Shown here: piece after piece, positions 9,738-19,390 of the stretch
Position numbering within the stretch: position 1 is the first letter of the stretch
How the letters are laid out: every line of letters begins with the position of its first letter
DNA from: Albidovulum sp.
GTDB lineage: Bacteria; Pseudomonadota; Alphaproteobacteria; Rhodobacterales; Rhodobacteraceae
Length of the DNA: 49,159 nt
NCBI GenBank assembly: GCA_041739655.1
Contig: JBGSNN010000462.1
Location: 1 to 49,159, forward strand
Reading direction: 5' to 3'
Notes under the pieces: generated by a model
Told to the model about the DNA's origin: nothing
What the model saw: the letters and a program-made list of their open reading frames with translations, nothing else
Databases searched by the model: none
Translations under genes and position numbers: made by a program

Positions 9738-11197
9738 CAAAGTGTCTCCTTGAAAACACGTCCGCCCTTCATGCCAAGCCGCAGGTTGTTCGTTGGATCG
9801 GCGAGGAAGTCGATGCTGGTCTCGGGATCGCCGTCCCAGACGAGGATATCGGCGAGCGCGCCTTCGGCGATCACGCCCAGAGGCCCGTCATAGGGGGCGC
9901 GTTCGCCCGACATTGCGAGAAGTTCGCCGGCCGCACCGGTGGCCATGTGCAGCGCCTCGAGCGGGGACATGAACCGCGCGAGCTTCGTCAAATTCTTACC
10001 CTGCTTGACCGAGCCGCCAGGGTTCATCAGGATATCTGTGCCGAAGGCCATGTTGACGCCCTCGGAGCGTCCCATCTCGAAGGCGCGCACCGTTCCGTTG
10101 GAAACTTCTTCGGATTTCTGCTGCTGAATCGGGTTGCTCCACGGATTGGAATCCTCGTCCTGCAAGAAAGGCTGGATGGACCACCATGCCCCTTCCTCGC
10201 GCATCATCCGAACCGAATCCAGATCGGCCAGTTGTCCGTGCTCGATCGACTTGACGCCCGCGCGAAGCGCCCGCTGGATGCCCTGCGGCGTGTAGACATG
10301 GGAAGAGACATAGGTGCCCCAGTCGGCGGCGGCGCGCACGGCGACCTCCATCTCTTCCTGCAGAAACTGCACGCCGTCGAGCGGGTCGTAGAGCGAGGCC
10401 ACACCGCCGCCGGCCATGATCTTGATCTGGCTCGCGCCCTTCATGAGCTGTTCGCGCGCGCGGCGCAGCACCTCGTCCGCGCCGTCGGCGATTGCCGCGA
10501 CCCCGGTGCTTTCGGTGTAGTCTGGGGCATTCGCATGCATCCGGGGCAGCGAGTTGAGCAACCGGAAATCGCCGTGGCCTCCGCTCTGCGAGATCATGGC
10601 GCCCGAGGGGAAGATGCGCGGTCCGGCGACAATGCCGTTGTCGATCGCCATCTTGAGACCAAAGACGGGTCCACCGAGGTCGCGGATGGTGGTGAAGCCC
10701 CGCATCAGCGTTGCACCCGCTTCTTGTCCCGCAACAAGGTGCACAAAGGAGATGTCCTGCGTCAGTGCCGCCAATTGGCTGACGCTGACAAGCGTGGCGT
10801 GCCAGTGGCAGTCAATCAGGCCAGGCGTGACGGAGCGGCCGCCGCAGTCGATGACATCCGCCTCTGCCGGGCCGGTGCCCGTGGCGGGAAGGCCGGTAAT
10901 CCGGCCGCCTTCGATCACGATGTCACGCCCGGTCTGCATCGACAGTGTGGTGCCGTCGAAGAACCGCAGATTGGTGAGAACGACCGGCCGCCCCGGTGTC
11001 TGCGCGCGCAGTTCCCGTGGGGCGAGGCCGAAGCCTGCAAACATCCCGACCACGGCAGCACTTCCGCCAAGGAACTGGCGGCGGGAAATATCCGCTTCGA
11101 TCCGCTGCATTGCGGCCTGGGTTTCGGGCGCGCCGCACAGGCATGGATTGATCGGGGCAACCCCAAGTTCGATCGCTTCGCAGCAGGACATGCACAT
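9737..11197 (-). CDS. Tat-exported metal-dependent amidohydrolase (Xaa-Pro dipeptidase-like subfamily)
   Basis: Start at MCMSCC; SRRQFLGG Tat motif; PGLIDCHWH, GFTTIRDLGG, QIKIMAGGGV, SIEHG, AFGTD, GALAD. Confidence 0.88.
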   Translation of the reverse strand: MCMSCCEAIELGVAPINPCLCGAPETQAAMQRIEADISRRQFLGGSAAVVGMFAGFGLAPRELRAQTPGRPVVLTNLRFFDGTTLSMQTGRDIVIEGGRITGLPATGTGPAEADVIDCGGRSVTPGLIDCHWHATLVSVSQLAALTQDISFVHLVAGQEAGATLMRGFTTIRDLGGPVFGLKMAIDNGIVAGPRIFPSGAMISQSGGHGDFRLLNSLPRMHANAPDYTESTGVAAIADGADEVLRRAREQLMKGASQIKIMAGGGVASLYDPLDGVQFLQEEMEVAVRAAADWGTYVSSHVYTPQGIQRALRAGVKSIEHGQLADLDSVRMMREEGAWWSIQPFLQDEDSNPWSNPIQQQKSEEVSNGTVRAFEMGRSEGVNMAFGTDILMNPGGSVKQGKNLTKLARFMSPLEALHMATGAAGELLAMSGERAPYDGPLGVIAEGALADILVWDGDPETSIDFLADPTNNLRLGMKGGRVFKETL

Positions 11198-11237
11198 ATC
11201 TGCAAACGCCTTTTCTATCTGGAGATTACCTCTTAGC

Positions 11238-11263
11238 TGACAAGCTGATATCTGATTTGTCAA
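11238..11263 (-). promoter_or_regulatory. Putative -35 (TTGACA) inside an inverted repeat upstream of the amidohydrolase
   Basis: Minus strand reads TTGACAAATCAGATATCAGCTTGTCA: TGACAA-N13-TTGTCA. Confidence 0.4.
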
Positions 11264-11410
11264 CTCTGCCTGCACTTGATCTTTGCTTCAGGTTCGCGGC
11301 CGGTGCTCAGTTGGGGACCGCAATTGGCGGGTGTCACGCCAGATGCCTCGGCCAAGTGGCTCAAAGCATTTCGGCAGCGCCGCAATGGAACACCAGAGGC
11401 TATCCGTCAG

Positions 11411-12568
11411 CTAGCGGAACATTGGCGGGCGGGCATCCACCCAGGCGCCGCCCCGCTTGCCACTTTCGGCCACCGCGAACACCGCCCCCATAGAGCGCAG
11501 TCCGTCTTCGGCGCGGGGAAAGAGGTCCGCCGCCGGATCGGGTGCGCGGCCCTCCTTCTGTGCCGTGATTGCTTCGGCCAGATCCTTGTAGATGTTCGCG
11601 AAGGCGAGCGGCATCCCCTCGGCGTGGCCGATCGTGACGCGGCTCGACCTGTCGGCTTCGGGCGACAGGCCCGACTCGCCACGCTCGATCACCTGAAGCC
11701 GCTGCCCCAGCGGCATGAAGTAGAGTTGGTTCGGCTGCTCCTGCGCCCAGCGAAGCCCACCCTTTTCGCCAAAGACCTGAAGCGTCAGCCCGTGCTGCCG
11801 CCCGATGGCGATGGACGAGGTCCAGAGCCGTCCGACCGCCCCGCCGTCGAACCGCAGGTTCACCTGCGCATCGTCTTCCAGAACCCGCGAGGCGATGCAC
11901 GAGACGGTGTCGGCCGCAAGCCGCGACACCTGCTGACCAATCACGAAGCTCGCCATGTGCAGCGCATGGATGCCGCAATCGGCGAACTGGGCCGAGATGC
12001 CAGCCTGCGCCGGGTCATAGCGCCAGCGCACGCGCGGATTGTCGGCATCGGCGGCATCCGCATGGTGGCCATGGGCGAACTCCGCCACCACCATCCGCAC
12101 CGCGCCGAGGTCGCCCCGCGCCACCATGGCCCGCATGTGACGGACCAGCGAATAGCCGGTGTAGCCGTAGTTCACCGCGCAAATGCGCCCGGTTTCACGC
12201 GCAAGGCCGACGATCTCCTCGCCTTCCTCGACGGTCATGGTCATCGGCTTTTCGCACAGCACATGGAAGCCGTCGGCCAGGAAGGCCCTCGCGATTTCGA
12301 AATGAGTGGCGTTCGGCGTGGCCACGGTCACCAGGTCCACCCGGTCGCTGCGGCTCTTTTCACCCGCGAGCATCTCGCGCCAGTCGCCATAGGACCGGTC
12401 CGCCGCCAGCCCCAGCCTCTGACCATAGGCGCGCCCCGCCTCTGGCCGGTGATCCAGGGCGCCGGCGACGAAATCATAAAGTCCGTCCAGTCGCGCGCCA
12501 AGCCGGTGCGCCGGACCGATCTGGCTGCCCTCGCCGCCGCCGATCAGGCCCCATTTCAACTGTGCCAT
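11411..12568 (-). CDS. Gfo/Idh/MocA family oxidoreductase
   Basis: GLIGGGEGSQIG, VATPNATH, LCEKP, DCGIH. Confidence 0.92.
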   Translation of the reverse strand: MAQLKWGLIGGGEGSQIGPAHRLGARLDGLYDFVAGALDHRPEAGRAYGQRLGLAADRSYGDWREMLAGEKSRSDRVDLVTVATPNATHFEIARAFLADGFHVLCEKPMTMTVEEGEEIVGLARETGRICAVNYGYTGYSLVRHMRAMVARGDLGAVRMVVAEFAHGHHADAADADNPRVRWRYDPAQAGISAQFADCGIHALHMASFVIGQQVSRLAADTVSCIASRVLEDDAQVNLRFDGGAVGRLWTSSIAIGRQHGLTLQVFGEKGGLRWAQEQPNQLYFMPLGQRLQVIERGESGLSPEADRSSRVTIGHAEGMPLAFANIYKDLAEAITAQKEGRAPDPAADLFPRAEDGLRSMGAVFAVAESGKRGGAWVDARPPMFR

Positions 12569-12577
12569 GCTGATCCC

Positions 12578-13468
12578 CTAAAATCCGATGGAAGAAAGGT
12601 ACTCGCGGTTCCGCCGCGCGTCGTCGATCGGGCTGACGTCCAGAGTCGGGTCACAATCTTGCTCGACGGTGCACCAGCCTTCGAAACCCGCGTCCAGCAG
12701 GACTTGCCGGACAGCCGGAAAGCCTACATCGCCCTTGCCTAGGTTGCAGAAGATGCCCTGACCGCAGGCATCATAGAAGCCGGTGCCTTTTTCAATCGCA
12801 TCGGCCTTCACCACCGGGTCGATATCCTTGAAGTGCATGTAGGAAATCCGGCCGATATGTCGCTTCATGAAAGCAACGGGATCGAACCCCGCATAGGAAT
12901 GGTGGCCGGTGTCGAAGCAGATGTTCAGGATGCTGTCGTCAACCTCGCTCAGCAACCGCTCTAGCTCCGGCTCGAAGTCGATGAAGCCGGCGGCATGGGC
13001 GTGGATGCCGACGGTCAGGCCATAGTCCTCGGCCCCAAGCCTCGCGACCTTGGCGATCCGGTCGCGGAAGGCGGCCCATTCGGCGGCGTCCATCTGTTCA
13101 GCGGCGTCAACCCGGCCCGCCGTGGGTGCGCGGCGGGGCGAGATGCTGTCGATCAGCACCAGATGCTTTGCGCCATGCGCCGTCAGCGCTTTACAGGTGC
13201 GGACCGAGGCATCCATCACGTCGTCCCACTTCGCGGGATCGTGGAATGGGCGGAAGACCACGCCGCCGATCAGCTCCAGCCCGTTTTCGGCCAAGGCCTC
13301 GCCAAGGATCGCCGGGTCTTCCGGCATAAAGCCGATCGGCCCAAGCTCGATCCCCTTATAGCCGGCAGCGGCGCAATCAGACAGCACCTGACGCCACGGG
13401 GGATTGCGCGGGTCGTCTGCAAATTCCACGCCCCAGGAACAGGGCGCATTGCCGATACGGATGGTCAT
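12578..13468 (-). CDS. IolE/MocC-like TIM-barrel protein (putative inosose dehydratase)
   Basis: IGNAPCSWG, GIELGP, IHAHA, FDTGH, MHFKD, TVEQD; located in the iol cluster. Confidence 0.8.
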   Translation of the reverse strand: MTIRIGNAPCSWGVEFADDPRNPPWRQVLSDCAAAGYKGIELGPIGFMPEDPAILGEALAENGLELIGGVVFRPFHDPAKWDDVMDASVRTCKALTAHGAKHLVLIDSISPRRAPTAGRVDAAEQMDAAEWAAFRDRIAKVARLGAEDYGLTVGIHAHAAGFIDFEPELERLLSEVDDSILNICFDTGHHSYAGFDPVAFMKRHIGRISYMHFKDIDPVVKADAIEKGTGFYDACGQGIFCNLGKGDVGFPAVRQVLLDAGFEGWCTVEQDCDPTLDVSPIDDARRNREYLSSIGF

Positions 13469-13481
13469 TTGATCCTCATGC

Positions 13482-14603
13482 CTAAAGAACGTCGTGCGGG
13501 ACGGTGTGCCAGCGGCCGTCGTCCGATGCCTTGAAAGCAGTATCGATGACCTGGCTTACGGCCAGACCGTCGCGAAAGGTGGGCGAGACGGGTTTGCCGG
13601 TGGCGATGGCCTGCAGGAAGTCCCGCGCTTCGATGATGATCTGATCCTGATAGCCGGTGCCATGGCCCGGGCCCTGGCAGAAGGCGGCATAGTCCGGATG
13701 CTCCGGCCCGGTCAGGATGCGGGTGAAACCGCGCTGTGCCTCTGGCCCTTCGGCCCGGTAGAGCCAGACGGCGTTCTGATCTTCCTGATCAAAGCGGATC
13801 GCACCCTTTGTGCCATGAATTTCATAGGCATAGCCCATCTTGCGGCCCGTGGCGACTCGGCTGACGAACAGGTGTCCCATCACACCGCTGGCAAAGCGAA
13901 GCATCATCTGCGCCTGATCGTCATTGTCCACCGCTACCGGGCCGCTCGGACCGGGGCGGGTGGCGTGAACCGTTTCGATCCGGGCGGAAAGCTCGGCCAC
14001 CGGGCCCATGAGCGCCAGCAGACAGTTGATCGGATGCGGGGACAGATCGCCCATGCAGCCGTTCGCCCGGCCAGAAGTGCGCCATGTCGCGGGCAAGGAC
14101 GGGTCGGCCAGAAAATCCTCTGTGTGCTCTCCGCGGAACCAGGTGATCTTTCCGATTGCGCCTTCGGCTAGCAGTTGCCGGACGAACTGCGTTGCAGGCG
14201 TGCGGACATAGTTGAAGCCGATCATGTTCGGCAGGCCCGAGGCTTCTGCCGCCGCAACCATGGCCTTGGCGTCATCCAGCGACGCCCCCAGCGGTTTTTC
14301 ACAGAACACCGGCTTACCAGCGGCAAAGGCTGCTTCGGCAATCGCGCAGTGGGTGGACTGGGGCGAGGCGATGACGACCGCCCGCACCTTGGGATCGGCG
14401 ACAAGGTCCCGCCAGTCGGCGGTTGCGCGGGCAAAGCCATAGGCGCGACGGTATCGCTCTGCCGACTCGGCACTTGAGGCCGCAATCACTTCCAGCTGCG
14501 GCCGCAGGGCCGTGTCAAACACCGCGCCGACGGCAGACAGGGCGACCGCATGTGCCTTGCCCATGTAGCCTCCGCCGACCAACCCGATCCCGATCTCTGT
14601 CAT
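13482..14603 (-). CDS. Gfo/Idh/MocA dehydrogenase, scyllo-inositol/levoglucosan dehydrogenase-like subfamily
   Basis: Start MTEIGIG after GGAG; GGGYMGKAH, FCEKP, GFNY, GFTRILTGP..P....F..GPGHG. Confidence 0.88.
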   Translation of the reverse strand: MTEIGIGLVGGGYMGKAHAVALSAVGAVFDTALRPQLEVIAASSAESAERYRRAYGFARATADWRDLVADPKVRAVVIASPQSTHCAIAEAAFAAGKPVFCEKPLGASLDDAKAMVAAAEASGLPNMIGFNYVRTPATQFVRQLLAEGAIGKITWFRGEHTEDFLADPSLPATWRTSGRANGCMGDLSPHPINCLLALMGPVAELSARIETVHATRPGPSGPVAVDNDDQAQMMLRFASGVMGHLFVSRVATGRKMGYAYEIHGTKGAIRFDQEDQNAVWLYRAEGPEAQRGFTRILTGPEHPDYAAFCQGPGHGTGYQDQIIIEARDFLQAIATGKPVSPTFRDGLAVSQVIDTAFKASDDGRWHTVPHDVL

Positions 14604-14629
14604 TGTCCGCCTTCTCCGCAATGCCAGCA

Positions 14630-14645
14630 TTGCAACCGGTTGCAA
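14630..14645. promoter_or_regulatory. Perfect 16-bp LacI-type operator in the divergent iol promoter
   Basis: TTGCAACCGGTTGCAA is a perfect palindrome. Confidence 0.8.
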
Positions 14646-14712
14646 AAGATGTATCGTTACTCCTCAGGGCGCGCAAGTGCCGTCTGTGGGCTCACGAACG
14701 TGAGGGGATGTC

Positions 14713-16584
14713 ATGACAGGACCGGACGGCAGCATCAGGCTGACTGTGGCGCAGGCCATCGTGCGCTGGCTGATGAACCAGTTCATCGAGATTGCCGGGC
14801 AGGAGGTCCGTATCTGCGGCGGCGGCTTCGGCATTTTCGGCCACGGCAACGTGCCCTGTCTGGGCGAGGCGCTCTATCCGGTGCGGGATGACATGCCGCT
14901 CTATCGCGGGCAAAACGAACAAAGCATGGGTTTTGCCGCCGCCGCCTATGCCAAGTACCACCTGCGCCGCCGCTTCATGTTCTGCACCGCCAGCGCAGGG
15001 CCGGGGACGGCGAACCTCTTGACCGCCGCTGCGCTGGCCCATGCCAACCGTCTGCCGATGTTGATGTTGTGCGGCGACACCTTCCTGACCCGTCTGCCGG
15101 ACCCGGTGCTGCAACAGTTGGAGCATTTCGGCAACCCGGCCCTTGGCCTGAATGACGCCTTCCGTGCCGTCAGCCGCTACTGGGACCGGATCTCCCACCC
15201 TGCACAAGTGCTGCAAACGCTGCCCGCCGCGCTGGCCACCATGCTCGACCCGGCCGATTGCGGCCCGGCCTTCCTTGGCCTGCCGCAGGATGTGCAGGGC
15301 TGGGCCTACGACTACCCTGTTCAGTTCTTCGCGCGCCGCGTCCACCGCATCCGCCGCCAATCCCCCGATGTGGCCGAGATGGCCGAGGCCGCGGCCCTTT
15401 TGCGCGCCGCCAAGCGCCCGGTGATCGTGGCCGGTGGCGGCGTGCAATACTCCGGCGCCGTCGCGGAACTGACCGCCTTTGCCGAGGTGCATGGCATCCC
15501 CGTAGTGGAAACCATCGCCGGCCGGGCGAACCTGCTGGCCGACCATCCGCTGAACATCGGCCCCTTGGGCGTCACCGGTTCGGACAGCGCCAACACCGTC
15601 GCCGGGGCCGCCGATGTGGTGCTGGCCGTCGGCACCCGGTTGCAGGATTTCACCACCGGGTCCTGGACTGTCTTTGCCCCGGACGCCCGCCTGATCGGGA
15701 TGAACGCCGGGCGGCATGACGCGGCCAAGCATCAGTCGCTGGCCGTGGTGGGTGACGCGAAACTAGGTCTTCTGGCGCTGGATGCGGCGCTTGGCACCCA
15801 TCGCGCCGCCGCGGACTGGACCGCCAGGGCCCAAGCCGAGCGCAAGACATGGGACGCCTACGTTGCCGGGAACGTGTCGCATGGGAACCGCCCCAACTCC
15901 TACGCCCAGGCGATCGGCGTGGTGAATACGCTGTGCCACCCGCGTGACCGGGTGGTGACGGCGGCGGGTGGCCTGCCAGCCGAGGTGACAGCCAACTGGC
16001 GTACGCTTGGCGTCGGCACGGTGGATGTGGAGTTCGGCTTTTCCTGCATGGGCTATGAGATTGCCGGCGGCTGGGGCGCGCGCATCGCCCAGACGCAGGT
16101 CGAGCCTGACCGCGACACAATCGTTTTCGTCGGGGATGGAAGCTACCTTCTAATGAACTCCGATATCTATTCCTCGGTCCTGACGGGGATGAAACTGATC
16201 GTTCTGGTCTTGGACAATGGCGGCTTTGCCGTCATCAACAAGCTGCAAAACAACACCGGGCAAGAGAGCTTCAACAACCTGATCGCCGATTGCCCGACGG
16301 TGCCCGACCCCTTCACCGTGGATTTCGAGTCCCACGCCCGCGCTATGGGGGCCAATGCCGAAACCGTGGCGAACCCGGCGGAACTGGCCGATGCCTTCCA
16401 GCGCGCCAAGGCCGCGACAAAGACCAGCGTGATCGTGATGCAAGTCGATCCCTATGAGGGCTGGACCACGCAAGGCCACGCCTGGTGGGAGATCGGCACG
16501 GCGGAAGTGTCCGCCACCGCCAACGTCCGCGACAAGCATGCCGAGGTCGAAGCCGGCCGCGCGGCCCAAAGGCGGGGCGTCTGA
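14713..16584 (+). CDS. iolD: 3D-(3,5/4)-trihydroxycyclohexane-1,2-dione acylhydrolase (ThDP-dependent)
   Basis: RLTVAQAIVR, GIFGHGNV, QNEQSM, GPGTAN, PDPVLQQLE, EFGFSCMGYEIAG, VGDGSYL...LDN. Confidence 0.92.
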   Translation: MTGPDGSIRLTVAQAIVRWLMNQFIEIAGQEVRICGGGFGIFGHGNVPCLGEALYPVRDDMPLYRGQNEQSMGFAAAAYAKYHLRRRFMFCTASAGPGTANLLTAAALAHANRLPMLMLCGDTFLTRLPDPVLQQLEHFGNPALGLNDAFRAVSRYWDRISHPAQVLQTLPAALATMLDPADCGPAFLGLPQDVQGWAYDYPVQFFARRVHRIRRQSPDVAEMAEAAALLRAAKRPVIVAGGGVQYSGAVAELTAFAEVHGIPVVETIAGRANLLADHPLNIGPLGVTGSDSANTVAGAADVVLAVGTRLQDFTTGSWTVFAPDARLIGMNAGRHDAAKHQSLAVVGDAKLGLLALDAALGTHRAAADWTARAQAERKTWDAYVAGNVSHGNRPNSYAQAIGVVNTLCHPRDRVVTAAGGLPAEVTANWRTLGVGTVDVEFGFSCMGYEIAGGWGARIAQTQVEPDRDTIVFVGDGSYLLMNSDIYSSVLTGMKLIVLVLDNGGFAVINKLQNNTGQESFNNLIADCPTVPDPFTVDFESHARAMGANAETVANPAELADAFQRAKAATKTSVIVMQVDPYEGWTTQGHAWWEIGTAEVSATANVRDKHAEVEAGRAAQRRGV

Positions 16585-17561
16585 TGGCCGATCTGGCACG
16601 CCTTTCGGCGCGGAACTTCCTTGTCGTCGGTCGGGCCGGGATGGACCTTTACGCCGACCCGCCCGGCACGCGGACGGAGGATGCCACCCGCTTCACCGCC
16701 GCCCTTGGCGGATCGTCAGCCAATATCGCCGTGGCGCTGACCCGGCAGGGATGCCGCGCAGCGCTGGTCACCAGCGTTTCCGACGATGCGGTGGGCCGTT
16801 TCTGCCTGAACCAGCTTGACGCCTATGGCGTGGACCGCAGCCATGTGCGTTCGGTCGCTGGCGAACAGCGCAACTCGCTCGCGGTGGTAGAAACGCGGCT
16901 GGAGAATTGCCAATCCGTCATCTACCGCAATAATGCTGCCGATTTTGCGATGGTTGATGCCGATGTCGAAGCGATCGACTATCCCGGCTTCTCCGCCCTC
17001 ATCACCACCGGCACTGTCCTTGCCGCCGAGCCGTCCCGCTCTGCCGCCTTCCGCGCCTTCGATCTGGCCCGTGCCGCCGGTCTGCCCTTGATCTTCGACG
17101 TGGATTACAGGCCTTATTCCTGGCCTTCTGCGCAAGTCGCCTCGGACGTCTATTCCTGCGCTGGGGCCATGTGTGACGTGATCGTCGGCAATGACGTGGA
17201 ATTCGGCTTCATGGCTGGCCACCCCGACCGCGGGGTCGAAAAAGCCCGCAGCCTGATTGGCGAGGGCGCGCAGATTGTCGTCTACAAGATGGGCGAAAAA
17301 GGCGCGGTCACCATCACCCGCGACGGCGAGTTTGCAACCGGCATTTACCCCACGCAGGCCCTGAAACCCACCGGCGCGGGCGACAGCTTTCTTGGTGCCT
17401 TCATCGCCGGGCTGGCGAACGGCCTGCCGGTCAGAACTTCCGTACTGCGCGGCTCTGCCGCTGCGGCGATGGTCGTCGCCCGCGTCGGCTGCGCGCCCGC
17501 TATGCCAACCAGCGCCGAACTTGACGCCTTCCTTGGCCAAGCTCCCGGCCCGACCCCGTAA
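16584..17561 (+). CDS. iolC: 5-dehydro-2-deoxygluconokinase (PfkB family, no DUF2090 extension)
   Basis: GRAGMDLY, GGSSANIA, FDVDYRPYSW, GAGDSF, GCAPAMP; TGATG coupling with iolD. Confidence 0.85.
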   Translation: MADLARLSARNFLVVGRAGMDLYADPPGTRTEDATRFTAALGGSSANIAVALTRQGCRAALVTSVSDDAVGRFCLNQLDAYGVDRSHVRSVAGEQRNSLAVVETRLENCQSVIYRNNAADFAMVDADVEAIDYPGFSALITTGTVLAAEPSRSAAFRAFDLARAAGLPLIFDVDYRPYSWPSAQVASDVYSCAGAMCDVIVGNDVEFGFMAGHPDRGVEKARSLIGEGAQIVVYKMGEKGAVTITRDGEFATGIYPTQALKPTGAGDSFLGAFIAGLANGLPVRTSVLRGSAAAAMVVARVGCAPAMPTSAELDAFLGQAPGPTP

Positions 17562-17571
17562 AGGATCCCCC

Positions 17572-18411
17572 ATGCACATCGCCCCCCATGACAACCAGAA
17601 CCGCGCCATCGTCGATAGGGAGGATGCGCTGGTCCCGCTGGTGTATTTCAACATCGTAAAGCTGAAGGCGGGCGAGACCTTCGACTACCGCACACCGGGC
17701 TATGAAACCTGCGTCGTGCCCGCCACCGGCACCGTGACGGTGGAAACCATGGGCGAAACCTTCGCCGCTATCGGCAACCGCGGCGTTGACGTCTGGGATG
17801 GGGAACCCGAGGGTGTCTATGTCCCGTCCGACACCGGCGCGCGGATCACCGCGCTGACCGACACCGAGGTCTTCATCGCCGGGGCGCAATACGCCGAGAC
17901 TCTGCGCCCCTTCGCGGTGCGCGCCGCTGATATCGACCTTGTGCAGTACGGATCGGACGACACGAAAACCCATCGCAAGATCAAGCACATTCTGGGGGCT
18001 GCCTATCACGACAGGGTCGGCCGCCTGCTGGTGTCCGAGCTTTATACAGTCGGCGCGGGTGGCTGGTCGGGGTTCCCGAGCCACAAACACGACACCGACC
18101 GATTGCCCGAAGAAACCCGCCACGACGAATGCTACAACTTCCGCTTCCGGCCTGACTACGGCTCGGGCCTCCAGATGCTGCAACGGGTGGATAACGAACC
18201 CGGTGACGCCTATCACATCATGAACCGCTCCACGGTTCTGATCGACAAGGGCTATCACCCCTGCTGCGTGCTGCCGGGCTATGAGATGTATTATTTCACC
18301 ATCCTTGCCGGCGAAAGTCAGCGCAGCCTGAAGCAGTATTTCCAGCCCACCCATGCCGAGCAACTGCACACGATCCCTGGCATCATGGACATGGTGGCCA
18401 AGTTCAAATGA
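17572..18411 (+). CDS. iolB: 5-deoxy-glucuronate isomerase (KduI/IolB family)
   Basis: Start MHIAPHD; LLVSE, GGWSGFPSHKHD, ECYNFRF, KGYHP. Confidence 0.88.
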   Translation: MHIAPHDNQNRAIVDREDALVPLVYFNIVKLKAGETFDYRTPGYETCVVPATGTVTVETMGETFAAIGNRGVDVWDGEPEGVYVPSDTGARITALTDTEVFIAGAQYAETLRPFAVRAADIDLVQYGSDDTKTHRKIKHILGAAYHDRVGRLLVSELYTVGAGGWSGFPSHKHDTDRLPEETRHDECYNFRFRPDYGSGLQMLQRVDNEPGDAYHIMNRSTVLIDKGYHPCCVLPGYEMYYFTILAGESQRSLKQYFQPTHAEQLHTIPGIMDMVAKFK

Positions 18412-19247
18412 CGCTTGCGACCCTGGCACAGGTCCTGCAACCGGCGCTGCGGGAGGGCTATGCCGTCCCCGGCCTCGTCTGCCTCGGCTGGGAGGACATG
18501 CGCGCCTATGTGGACGCCGCCGAAGCGGAACGTGCGCCGGTCATCCTGCAAGCCGGGCCGGGCTGCCGCGAACACACGCCCCTGCCGATCCTTGGCAAGA
18601 TGTTCCGCCATCTGGCCGAAGGTGCCAGCGTCCCCGTCGTGGCCCATCTGGATCATGGATACTCGCTGGACGACTGCCGCGCTGCGCTCGACGCGGGCTT
18701 TAGCTCGCTGATGTTTGACGGATCGAAGCTGCCGCTCCAGCAGAACATCGACGCGACGGCGATTGTGGCGGAACTGGCCCATTCGGCAGGCGTATCCTGC
18801 GAAGGCGAAATCGGCTTCGTCGGATATGCGGATGGTGCGGCTTCTGCCGGCACCGACCCCGAAGAGGCCGCCCGTTTTGCTGATGCGACCGGTGTTGACG
18901 CCATGGCGATCTCCATCGGCAACCTGCACCTGCAACAAGGCCCCGGCCACGGGCTTGATCTTGTCCGCCTGAGCGCGATCGAGGCCTTGACCACGGTCCC
19001 GTTGGTCATCCACGGCGGCTCCGGCGTTCCTTTGGCGCAACGCGCCGCGCTTGCAGCCACATCCCATGTCACCAAGTTCAACATAGGCACTGAGTTGCGC
19101 ATGGCCTTCGGCACCGCCCTCAGGGCCGCCGTCAATCGCGACCCATCGCGGTTTGACCGCATCGCGATCCTGAGGGACACCCACGCCGCAGTTTTCGACG
19201 CGGCCAGGGCTGTGCTGCGCAATCTGGGCGCCTCAGGTCGCGCTTGA
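18408..19247 (+). CDS. Class II aldolase (FBA/IolJ-like)
   Basis: HLDHG, SLMFDGS, EGEIG, GNLH, VIHGGSG, KFNIGT. Confidence 0.88.
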   Translation: MTLATLAQVLQPALREGYAVPGLVCLGWEDMRAYVDAAEAERAPVILQAGPGCREHTPLPILGKMFRHLAEGASVPVVAHLDHGYSLDDCRAALDAGFSSLMFDGSKLPLQQNIDATAIVAELAHSAGVSCEGEIGFVGYADGAASAGTDPEEAARFADATGVDAMAISIGNLHLQQGPGHGLDLVRLSAIEALTTVPLVIHGGSGVPLAQRAALAATSHVTKFNIGTELRMAFGTALRAAVNRDPSRFDRIAILRDTHAAVFDAARAVLRNLGASGRA

Positions 19248-19390
19248 CGGCGGGGGAGGTGGCATACCAAGAGATCAATCTCAACGTCCCTGTGTGCTGC
19301 AAAGTTTCCGCTCCGCAAACAATCGCCACAGTATTGCCCGGTTTGCGTTGTTCTAAGAGCAGTACAGACGAGTCAGGCGCAGAAATCCCC

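Noticed and set aside
9632-12742. Long plus-strand ORFs 9632-11236 and 11276-12742
   Set aside because: Antisense shadows of well-supported minus-strand genes; typical of high-GC DNA, no motifs.
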